DNA of 64,000 nucleotides, from positions 43,152,001-43,216,000 of the forward strand of contig CM060734.1 in NCBI GenBank assembly GCA_030704615.1, read 5' to 3'. The translations under genes were made by a program, and so were the position numbers. This stretch comes from Takakia lepidozioides (Eukaryota > Plantae > Bryophyta). Below, piece by piece: positions 37,333-48,604 of this stretch; the stretch's first letter is position 1, and each line of letters begins with the position of its first letter. The notes under the pieces were generated by a model. It saw only the letters and a program-made list of their open reading frames with translations. It was not told the DNA's origin and did no database searches.

Positions 37333-39563
37333 CCTCATGCCCCATAAGACAAGATGCATTGGGGAGGGAAGAAATGATACTTTGAGAGTCTTACCACCTA
37401 AAATGAACTGGATGCGAATACAAGACGAGTCCAACGAGGTATGAAATCTCCATTCTTCAATTTCTTTCCTGGAAGATTTTTCTGATTCAATGTGGATGAT
37501 CCTCCCTTCGATTTTGACTCTTTCGACTGTGGTTCCAGCTTCATGAACCTCCACTGTCCAGTGGACGTTCCTATCCTGACCCTGCCTTATTGTAACAGAC
37601 CAACAGACTTTTCGGGTTGGAAGGAGTCTCGCAGTCGGCTGTTAGCCGCATCCGGAGTCGGATTTTTCCTAACGTGGAGGTTCGTAAAACTGGGAGTACA
37701 TTGGCGAAGTGCACGGAGTGTGAGATGTTCAAGGACCTGATCAGAAAGTCTGTCAAGAGAAGTGCGGAACAGGTGACATACAAACGAGCGCTTGATAAAC
37801 ATTTGAGGCACCAAGAGTCGTGCAGAAGACTGTACCATAGCTGGAGGAATGAGTCTGTTATGATTCCGGAGGAGTTTCTCTGTATTATTCACGACAAAAT
37901 GGATCATAAGAAAATAGCTGTTCCAAGGCTACAGACTCCAAATAAGATGATTTCTGGATTGGGTCAGCTTCCAGTTTCACTAACGGGAATGGTCACGCAC
38001 GGACACGGTGGTGGAGCTTACGGTCAGTATTCTCTTGAGTTCTGGAAGGGAAATTCAAACTTTACAATTGGTTCTTTGGCACGTTGCCTGCGCCAGCTGA
38101 AGAAGCCAACCTGTCGCGAGTCCAGGAACATTTTCGATTACCGACTTCAAAACGAGTTCTTCGAATCACTTTTAAGAGGTAAATCGAGATGTTTGGATGC
38201 TCTTAAACCCTGCAGGCCGGAAGACAAACATGGTGCTCGTCCACTTCCGAGAAGACTGTACTTGCGAATGGACAACTTTGCGAAGGACAATAAGAACAGA
38301 TGGATGCTTGCTTTTCTATCCCTCCTGACCGCCAAAGATGTTTTTGAAGAAATCCAGCTAGGGTTCCTAATGGTCGGACACACCCATAAGGACATCGACG
38401 GGTTCTTCAGCTACCTTTCGAAGAAGCTGAAGGAACGAAGCACCTACATTCTTTCGGATTTGATGAGGTCTTTTATGACCTCGCAAGATCTGCATTTCAT
38501 TCCACAGATTATTCAGGAGATTCTCGACTTCAAGAATTTTGTTAAGGGCTGTATTCTGGATGGAAAGGAGGCGTTGGTCGCGATTTCGGAGATGCACGTC
38601 TTCCGTTTTTTTAAGGATGCGGAGGGCTGGCCCGTCATGAAGTACAAGAAGTCCGCTACTGATTCGGATTGGCTTCCAATAAACAATAGCGTGAAGATGT
38701 GGAAGTCCAATCCTGACGGGACTCTGAAGCTCCTTGAAGGAGACCCAGACGCCGTTCCAAGGAGACCTATCTGGGGCGTCGGGGACGACTCCTCTGAAAA
38801 ACAGTCATTCATTAAGAATGGAATAAAAAAATACAGGGATTTTTGGACGAAAGGAATGATGCTTGACGATCATTACAGAGGTCGAATGGAACAATACGAC
38901 CAGTACTGGGGAAAGATTCTCGCCAAGCTGGATAAGCCAATTCCAGAAGCTCCCGACCGTATTCAGCTTCTTGAGGGATTTTGGCCGAAAACAATTTGGT
39001 CCAAGAATCATCACAAAGATGGAATCCATCCACATATATTGCCAGATGTGGAAGAAGAGGATGAAATCCTAGAACCTTATTGTGGCTCGAGGTGTGAGCG
39101 ACCAAGAATATCCCTGAATCCGTTCAAGGATATTGAGAAAGGGTTTTTTGTGCTCGTTCGCCCTTATGACCCAAGTACGTGCCCGGTCTGGATAGGGGTG
39201 GCAATATCTGACGTGATCCGCGAAAAGGAGGATCCTAATTTTAAGAAGGTGAAGGTGGAGTGGTGGAGACAGAGAAAAGGTGGTAACCCAATAGACTTGG
39301 AAAGGTACAGGGACTATTGGTCAAAACTTTGGGAGTATAACTCGTCAGATCCTTCTCAATGGATCCATGTGAACAATGTTGTGTGGACAATGCCTCCACG
39401 AAAAAATACGACAAGGAATAGCACTAAGAGAATTACTGCCGCCGAAGCAGTGAAGGCGCGCGCTAATTTGGAGGAGGCTAATTGTCAATCAGAAAACGAG
39501 TCGTGCGAGCGAGTTCCAGACCAAGGACATATTGTTGAGCTCAACTCCAGTACTTCGATTTAA
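37333..39563 (+). mobile_element. Sola-like (DDD-type) transposase gene, 5' part disrupted; exon piece 29622-29669 joins 37341-37438, intron 37439-37598, last exon 37599-39563
   Basis: 648-aa open frame with KCTEC..HLRH, IIHDKMD, LYLRMDNFAKDNKN and FLMVGHTHKDIDGFF. Removing the P-like element restores an open frame EGNIMSIVNGNTDLMPHKTRC..LPPKMNW..NE that splices in phase. The superfamily label comes from recalled motif similarity. Confidence 0.75.
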
Positions 39564-40259
39564 GAAATAAATTTTTCTTCTCTACATGGCCCTTCTTGTT
39601 TGCGTTGGGGGATCTTTTTTCTTATCTTCTTATGTCGCACTGAACCTCGAATGTCCAATGGACGTTCTCGTCCTTTGTTTCTGGTTTGCTGGATGCTGGC
39701 CTGCTATACGTCCTGGTCAACAAAGATGACCTTGTGGGGGAGTTTCGCCTACATAACATATGGATCACAAGAACAAAATGGGCGGGCACGACCACTGGAG
39801 TCTTCAAATTCTGTCAAAGAGGTTTTTAACAACGGAAGAAAATAGCCCCATTTCCAGTCATTCTCTGAAACATTGGACTTGCTTTTCGCATAACCAATTC
39901 TCCCACTGAAGTCTCCCACTAGGAGGAGCCTTACTCAATCGTTGTTGACATACAGTTCTTCAATTTGCCAGTCCTCAAGTTTTCCTATGAGGTTTCCCTC
40001 TTTTTTCCCTCTAAGCTCTACGACTTTTCTGCACCAAATTTTCATTTCATTTCATTTTCATACTTCTCATCTTTGGCCCTGGTTTAAGATGGAATTTCAC
40101 ATGTCCTTTGCCGTTGTTCAAATTTTAAGCAAATTTTATTTCTCATAGTTTTTATTTGGTGGTCTGACTTTTTATCCTCTCTCATGTTTTCTTCAAATCC
40201 ATTTTTCCCATGAGATCCAGGCGCTTCCCAAAAGTTGTTATATAACGCCATTTTCTTTC

Positions 40260-41900
40260 CAAATCTATTCATACCATAACCATAGCCATAACCATAACCA
40301 TTATGGTTATTGAAATGTCTTCTCCCTTCACATTTGCGCTAGCTTTTTTCTTTGTTTTGGATTGACATGCATTTAGGCATGTTATAGTTTGCTTTCTATG
40401 TTACATCTTAATACTAGATCTAGGTTCCAACGACGAGTCTTTCATTTAAATACTTGTCCATAATATTAGGTTCTTCATTTTTTTTTTGCTTACTAGTACC
40501 CTACTAACAACACTAAGTTCTAGCAAAGTCTGGAGTTTTCCATAAGTTTGTCTATTTTGTAACTTTAAACAAAAACCCTAAACCCTTACCCTAAACCCTT
40601 ACTAGAAAACCCTAAACATTTACCCTTAATCCAATACCCCAGAACCCTTTCCCTTCCCTTTGCAAATGGCAACCAACTATCCGTACCATAATTATAACCA
40701 TTTTGGTTATCCAAATCTCTTCAATGTAACCAAATTTCTATTTTTGTACCATACTAACACACACTAAGTTGTAGCGAGTGCGAGTCTTCCGGCATGTATA
40801 TTCACCATTTCTGCCTTCAACCCAAGCCCTAAACCCTCGTCGAAAACCCTACGCCATTGTTACATCTAAACCCTTACCCTTCCCCTGTGTAACTGGGAAT
40901 AAAGTATCCATACCATAACTATTTATGGTTATTCAAATCTCTTCGCCCTTCACCTTGCGCAAGGTTTTGCCTTTGGTTTGGATTGACATGCACTTACCTT
41001 TTTTATCGAACTTTGCTTTCTATGTATCTTAATACCATGTTCCAAGGACGAGTCTTTCATTTAAATACTTGTCCGATGCAATGACTACACTTCCATAATA
41101 TTAGGTTCTTCATTTTTATTTTGCTTAGTACTACCTTACTAACAACACTAAGTTGTAGCGAGTGCGAGTCTTCCGGCATGTATGCTCATCATTTTTGCCT
41201 TCAACCCAAACCCTAAACCCTCGTCGGGAACCCTAAACAAAACCCTACGCCATTGTTACGTCTAAACCCTTACCCTTCCCTTGCAAATGGGAATGAAGTA
41301 TCCATACCATAACCATATATATCTTAATACCAGGTTCCAAGGACGAATCCTCAATCTAAATACTTCTCCGGCCCAATGACTATTCCATACTATTTGTTTC
41401 TCCATTTTTATTTTTATTTTTTATCCTTCTAACACACACCAAGTTCTAGCGACTGTGAGTCTTCCATATTTGTTTGTCCAATAGTGTTTTTAAACCCAAA
41501 CCGAAAACCCTATCTTTACCATCACCCCTAAACCATTAATCTTACCATAAATCAATAACTTTAGTGTACTACCCTAGTTACACTCCAAACCTTATTGTAC
41601 TACCATGTTACATCTTCTCAATGTTTCATGCTCTTTTAATATTTTCTTTTGTTGGATAAGGTATGATAGAATGATTACAGGGATATCAAATTCCTCAACC
41701 ATTTCTTTAATTCTACCGAGTGTGAGTCCATCATATTTGTTTGTCTTTTTGTACCCTAAATCCAAACCCTAAACCCTTACCCTTACTGTAAACCCAAACC
41801 TTGTTACACTTCTCTCTAGTTACACCCCAAACCTTATTGTACTACCCTAGTACCTCTTCCAAATGTTTCATGTTATTCTAATATTTTACTGCCCTTGTCA
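40260..41900 (+). repeat. Degenerate complex tandem array (units ~230-420 bp) containing telomere-like AAACCCT motifs
   Basis: Recurring blocks ataccataac, ggattgacatgca, gacgagtctttcatttaaatactt, cactaagtt(g/c)tagc and aaaccctaaaccc at ~40270, 40680, 40905, 41300 and 41500. Confidence 0.8.
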
Positions 41901-42806
41901 CATCCAAAACATGATTCATTCCAATGGCGTGGTATGTGAACATTGTGCTTCATATGAAGATTCAATCAATAAAATTACTAGCAAGTTGTATCGAGTATGG
42001 TAGAGTACGAGTTTGGCCCATGTTCGATGCGACCCATTTGTTTATCATGATGACCTGCAATGGAATATTACTTTATTCGACTTCCAAGTGGACGTTCAAT
42101 GAATTGTTCAATACTGCTACTTCACATTGAGCACTTCAATGTCAAATGGACCTCTTCTATGACACATTTTGAAACAAGTATGACATCACCTGAAATTTTG
42201 CAAAGTTCAATCACACATTACACCATGATATTATTAATATTTCAATTAAATTTAATACAAATATATATTAAGTTTAGTCCGGATTTAAGCCAAAAGTCCA
42301 GAATGAATTAAAATAGGGTTATGATCTGACCACACAAAAGATCACTACTGGAATTATTTAAAAAATTGCCAATGACAAACAAAGCATGCCAAGCGCACTA
42401 CTTTCAAATTAGCATTGATAACTGTGGATACTGGAACTCACAGGGAGGTGGGAAAGGGCTGGGCCATGAGTCGGGGGGCAAGAGCACAGGGACATTCTCA
42501 AAGGGGTGCCCTGATGTCTTTTGCTCCAATATTTCTACAAACCTTGAGAGGAAAAAAAAATCCAATCTCAGTACTGCAGCAAAACCCCACAGCATAATCG
42601 TTTTAATTGCTCCAAACTTCTTAGACACAGCAGCCCACACCGGTGCGTTTAAGGAGAAGACATAAACAGAGAATACAAAACAATCATACCATCCAGATTG
42701 ATAATTCCAAGCTTGATTCATCTTCCAGTAAGCCCACATCATGAAGCTGGTGCCAAGTGAAGACTATATGTATTTCTTGCTACAGAAACCAATCAGAAAA
42801 ACAATA

Positions 42807-43000
42807 CTAATTATCCAAACAACAGTTACTGGCATACATGTCCATGAGGGTATTGTTCAGAATGACATCTAGTACAATTCCAACTTTCGCGATGCAACCA
42901 TGCACATCTTTGCCCTTTTCCAGGGCTGCCAGGCTTGCACATGTATTGCAAATGCACAAAAACGTGATGTGGTTGGGCTTCACCCCTTCCCCCATCATTT
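42807..43000 (-). pseudogene. Isolated PLS-class PPR fragment (about 1.5 motifs)
   Basis: MMGEGVKPNHITFLCICNTCASLAALEKGKDVHGCIAKVGIVLDVILNNTLMDMYA; no flanking motifs in frame. Confidence 0.8.
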
Positions 43001-43204
43001 GATCTCAGATCTTTCATCTTGATGCACTTAAGCAAGAGAGAGACATACGTATCTAAATCTGCTGAAATGCCTCCTTGGTTTAAAGTCTGTAGAGCCTCTT
43101 TCAGTTTGTCTGCCTCACAAACATCTTCACATGCCCAGAAGTGCCAGAAGAGGCATTGTGGAGTACTCCCTCTCTTGATCCTCTTTCAGAAGCTGTGGTC
43201 ATGG

Positions 43205-44055
43205 TTGAGGTGCTTGATTTTATCAACTGTGCCGCTGCAGCACCTGCCTTTAGTTGACCATCTACCCATGCAGGTTTCTTGTAGCTATTGATGCACATGG
43301 AATCATAGATAATCTTGTGCTTGAAATCTGGCCCTCTTGGATGAATCTGGACCCAAATTCTATCCCTGCCCCTTCAGCTATCACTGCCTCTACACAAATC
43401 ATGCATACATCATTGCCTTGCAGCTGATAATGACAGCCTATATTTGTTCTAGTTAACACCCAACTCAGCTTATCACACTAGTTCCTATGTTGAATTACGC
43501 CTGCTACTCTGTGTAATCTAACATGCATTCACCTTTCTGCCAAGTGGTTGTCCCACCATTGACTGGGATCAGAAAAGTATTCATTCCGCAGCTATACCTC
43601 ATCTCTGTTACATGTTTTTGGATATTTTCTTGTTGTCATGTTGGCAGTATCATGTCAAAGTCACTCCAAACTGTCAAAGATTCACTCAACCAGCTAACTT
43701 GCAGAACTCAACATGGAATTTTAGGGCCGATTCTGATAAGAGGGGAAAACAAGGTGAAATGTGTTGAAGAAGGTACCTTCATTAGCAGTGCCTGATTTTA
43801 TCAAATTATGCCGCTGTTGCTGCGGCTTCCAGTTGACCATCTACCCATGCAGGTTTTTTGCAGCAATGGATCCACAGGGTATCATATGTAATCTTGAGCT
43901 TGAAATCCGGCACTCTTGGATGAATCTAGACCCAAACTCTACCCCTGCTCCTTAAGCTATCCATGCTCTGCACAAATCATGCATACATCCTTGCCTTGCT
44001 GCTAGCAACTGACAATGACGGCCTACATTTGTTCTAGCAAACACCCCAACCGTGT
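43205..44055. repeat. Two diverged ~265-bp copies (43210-43475, 43790-44055) of an unidentified dispersed family, also present inverted at 31870-32450
   Basis: The two copies share agttgaccatctacccatgcagg, ctcttggatgaatct and cacaaatcatgcatacatc. The segment ttgaagaaggtaccttcat at ~43765 is the reverse complement of 31983-32001. Confidence 0.75.
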
Positions 44056-44833
44056 TCTAGCAAACGCCCCAATCGTACATTAAGAAAAAGTCTCACCTTG
44101 CGATTGTCCCACCATCGTGAAGGATCTTTAAAAAACTCATGTCAGCTCTGCTCCGTGCTGCAAATTCAGGGCTGAGTCTGATGAGAGGGCTGAAATAGGT
44201 TGAAGAAGAAGGTGCCCTCACCACATTGTCCTCGACCTTGTGTCATGACCCATGGAGGATTTGACTGACCACCTCTGCTTGTGTCTGTAGTCAGGTAATG
44301 TCGGATTGGTCTATGAGAAAAACCACGGTGCAGCTGATTGGGCAGAGATTGAAACACGGCCTGCTAAGACCAAGCTGACTCTCCCAAAAACCTTGTAAAC
44401 ATCAGGAAGAATACCAAATCATGGTACTAACACGAGCCAAGAGCCCACATGTGTAGGATGGACAAACTTCTTCACATCCTACTAACGAAAAAGCCACACC
44501 TTGCGATTGCGGTTGTCCACCCAAGCTATGCATATCATGCAGATCAACAAGACCATCTACCGTGTTTTGGCTCTAAGAAGACGCAGACCCCAAAAAACAC
44601 TAAGTCCCAGCCCCTGCAACACTGCGACCTAACAACCCTAAACTCGAGCACATTCATCCATCCATCCATCCATTCATATTTTACATGTATAAGATTCACC
44701 TATGGGTCTTATCCAATCAGGTACATTCAAGTTAGCATTTGAGTGGGGGAGGATTATGTGCTTCATGTAGGTACTATCTAGTGGAGGTATATCAGGATCT
44801 TACTCATTTTTTGCACCAATGCGTGGTCTCTCC

Positions 44834-45994
44834 CAGTGTTGGGAGGGTATATTTATTTTTCCTACCCTCAGGGTAAGGGTATATATGATTTTGGGGGTCA
44901 AACTTATCCTCAGGGTAAGGGTATAAGCTATTTTTTGAAAATATTTACCCTCCGGGTAAGTGTATATATAAATTTTAGATAAACACCCTCAGGGTAAGGG
45001 TATTGGGTGCCACATATACCATGAGGGTAAGGGTAATTGCAAGATAATGGTACCATTTTTAAGGTTAATTAATTTAATTAATTTAATTTGTGAATTTTAT
45101 TAAATACTTAGAATAAAACATTTCAACTGTATAACATCTCCGTTATGTAGAATTTAAAGGGCTATGCCTTTTATTTTGAAAACATAAAATATTTTTGTTT
45201 ACTTTTTATGTGACTTATGAATAGCAAAATTTTAGCCCTCATTTATGCTCCTCTAATGGCCCTAAAATATAACAAGCCTAAAACGGCGATTGGCTCTCTT
45301 GCTTTAGTAAAAATAAGAGGAAGGTGAGAGAGGGGCATGACTCAGCACAACTCACCAATCGGAGCCTTGACACGGTGTAAGGTCCTTTGACCACATTTTC
45401 TCCGTTGACTTCAACATGTTGCAAAGTCTCTCTCTATAAGAGAACCAATAACAAAACAACACATTTGATCACAATGAGGTCCAAAATCACCAATGCCTGA
45501 AGTAGACGTTTTGCACGATAGAGAGAATGGCGGGACGGAGGAAGGAGAGAGTGGCAGTGGCGGGGACCGCCACTAGCATACGCTTTTTGCAAAGAGAGAG
45601 TGGCAAGGACCGGTCTTGGAGCACAAGTTACGAAGAGGAAGACCAACGAAGGGGAAAAAAAAACAAAAAAAACAAAAACAAAAAACAAAAACATGCTAGT
45701 GTTTGCCATCTCTACTAGCAAATACCACACCTAAACCTAAAACCCCTAGTAATCAAATTATTATACCCTTCCCTATTACCCGGCCATTGAACAGATTTAC
45801 CCTCAGGGTAAGGGTATCCTTCAAAATTTCAAACCCCAGGGTATAATCCATTAAAGGTATAACAAAAATAATTACCCCTGACAAGGATATGATAAGGGTA
45901 TTTTGGAATTTCCAGGGTAGGATATATCCATATACCCTTATTGGGTTTTATCCTCAGGGTATAATGGCAGAAAAAAGGTATCCTCCCAACACTG
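44834..45994. mobile_element. Non-autonomous hAT element (1161 bp)
   Basis: TIRs CAGTGTTGGGAGG / CCTCCCAACACTG; 8-bp TSD GTCTCTCC (44826-44833, 45995-46002); many subterminal accctcagggtaagggta repeats. Confidence 0.92.
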
Positions 45995-47573
45995 GTCTCT
46001 CCCTTATAGGGAGGAGCCAATAAAATTCACCGTTAAGATTGTGGTTTCTATTAATTAATTGATTCATGTTTGCTGTTTTTTTTGGGGGGCCTTGCCTTTG
46101 CAGAGCCCACTATTTACTAATTTAGTAAGTAATAAGTTAGTAGGTAGTAAGAGGGGGGCTCCCTTATATACCCTCTCAGGGCGGTGGGACCTTTCTAGAA
46201 GCCCGCCGACCCTGGGACCCTTCTAGAAGGCCCTGGACACATGTCAACCGTACAAGACTCCTTATTCTAAATTTGGCCAATTCATCCATTTTGTTTTTGG
46301 ACCCCCTCATCTCATTCCTTAATACACGTGGCCTTACTACATAAGCCCCCCACTCTAATTCCTGGGCCATAGTAATTCCTAGACCACTCTAGAATCAGGG
46401 CCGGAATGAAACTGTTGTACATACAGTTCTTTAATACATATCGTGACATTATTTCTCAGTAACGATATTTCTCAGCAACGAGGAGAGTCAACTGGTTGTT
46501 GTCATTTTTTCCAAACTCGCATATTTTTCTGAATTCTAATTTTAAACAAGGGCATTCCAAATGCTGATTGGTTCAGATGACAGAAACCTTGTGACGGTTT
46601 GTGTGGCCAAAGTCGTGATATACAGGGGTCGATCATACATAGGTATGCTGCATCTTGGATAGGGGTCTGCAATGAATGTAGGAGTCACATCTTTCTTTGA
46701 AAGGGTTGCTCGTTGGATAAAGGGAGTTTCTATGAATGAATTCAATGCAAAATCTTGGAAGACCTTTACAACTGGATTGATTAGGATTGTGCAATTTAAT
46801 TCTGCAAGACGGAGTGACTCTTAGTTATGTCGACTTATATAATCGCATTCCTCTCTCTTTTTCTTACAGTTTTCCAAGCAACAAAATTTCTAACTTAGCC
46901 ATTTAGAAATTTTATCCATATTTGTGAATTTGTTTCTAACTTTGTATTTAAGGTTGCAAAAACTTTTCATTCCCACAATAAAACTATAAGATTCCAACTC
47001 CTAACAACAAAATGGCATAAAACTTTATTTGCAGATAAATTAAGGATGTAGAAACATTGTTGTAGATTTGAGCGTGTTTTGAGTTAGGAATAAAAAAATG
47101 GCACATGTGCAAACTTTACAATCAAAGGTGGAAAAAATTGTATGGCGCTGCATGAAGGTTCAAAATCCAACTCTATGTAATACAAAAATTGATGCTCTTA
47201 TGCTCATTGTTGCATATTAAGCCAAAAGAAGGAGACCTTTGGCACACGACGCTACGGTATTTGACGAATTATTTGTTGTCACATGGAACATTGTTGGAAA
47301 GTCCGAAAACCCTACCCCAACAACCAACTGGTCAACCCAACCAATCATACGTTGAACATTGGGACATTGTTCAATCTCACTTTTTATGTAGACAAGTTGG
47401 ATTAATCAGTGAAAATTCTATCATGTAAAGCATATTGGTTCCCACCACAAGCTCGTTCCAACTAACAATGCATTTGTAAGTATGAAAGGTCACACCACCT
47501 GTTTCAATATAGGGTCATTGCTTTTGCTAACAATGAGTTTTTAGCATACTATGAGACCCAAGTAGTTACAACT

Positions 47574-48604
47574 TTCTTTTCTTTTCGTTTTTAAAGAAAG
47601 GGGATGGAGGCCCTTTTAATCAAATTAAAATAAAAGGAGGTACATCAGTGGAAAAGTAACCATTGTAGGGGCCGTGAAGGCCTACTGCGGGGGAACTTCC
47701 CCGAGTCCTAAGCAAACTAGCTACGAAAGGCCGAAGTATGGGGTAAGTGGAGATGTGTGAGAGGCATTGGTGAGACTAGGAAGAGACTGTTGTCTTAGCT
47801 TAGCATATGGTGAAACCAAGCAAAGAAGATGTGGAAAAAGCTGTCTGGGATTTCTAAAGTGGAGATGGAGGAAATAGGTTGGTTGGTATCTCGATAAAGC
47901 TATTCTTTGTCCCTAGTCTCTGCGAGTGTGGAGGGGCCCAAGACATCTATGAAGCCCACAACAGAGGAGCCCAAGGTAACAGAGCCCAAAGATATCATAA
48001 CTTTAGCTGCATTCTAAATTTCGGATCCCTCGCTTTCTTGTGGCACCAGTTGAAGTCAGCTCCTCCCCCTCACCAGGGGACTTCCCATTGAGGGGGGATG
48101 GATTTTTGCTAGGTAAAATGCATGTCGGGAATGTAGGTTCCGAGCACATCGCCTTTGCCCCAGGAGTGTTGGAAATCTTGTAGCATCTTCCTCCCCCGCT
48201 GCTCTGAAGTTCTGGGAATAGCTCGAGCACATTGGTGGAATCGGCCCGAACAAGCCCATACTTCTTCAACAAACTCCTACCTTTCGAAGCTGCCTCCACT
48301 AGGAATTAAAGGATTTCTTTCCAACTTTGCAGTTGGTGTGACCTTCACAACCGCTCTTGGCACGCAATCTCCTTCACTCCTAGGTGTGGTGGGCTCATCC
48401 ACCTCACCTCTGTCTTCAACCACTTGAGCTAGACATGAACTCATGCAATGGCTGGAAGCGATCAAAGGGGTTGCATGAAATCTCCGTCAAAAGGCTTTGT
48501 GAAGGTGGGCTCGAGATGAAGATGTGCACGAGCTTGCCGCAACAAGAAGTCCTCAAGCTTTCGCCGCTACTCTTTCTTGTAGGGCTTTATGGAGTTTGAA
48601 AAGC
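47574..48604 (-). mobile_element. Probable 5'-truncated retroposed (non-LTR) insertion
   Basis: GC-richer 1.03-kb block in AT-rich flanks, bounded by the direct repeat TTACAACT (47566-47573, 48605-48612), with a T-rich run at the left end (A-rich tail on minus). No protein motif was recognised. Confidence 0.45.

Noticed and set aside
42366-42760. Minus-strand 112-aa ORF with splice-like sites
   Set aside because: No recognisable family and no complete gene model.
26764-46410. caattcaggccct (26764) and cagggccggaatg (46396) as a TIR pair
   Set aside because: They face outward, match imperfectly and have no shared TSD.
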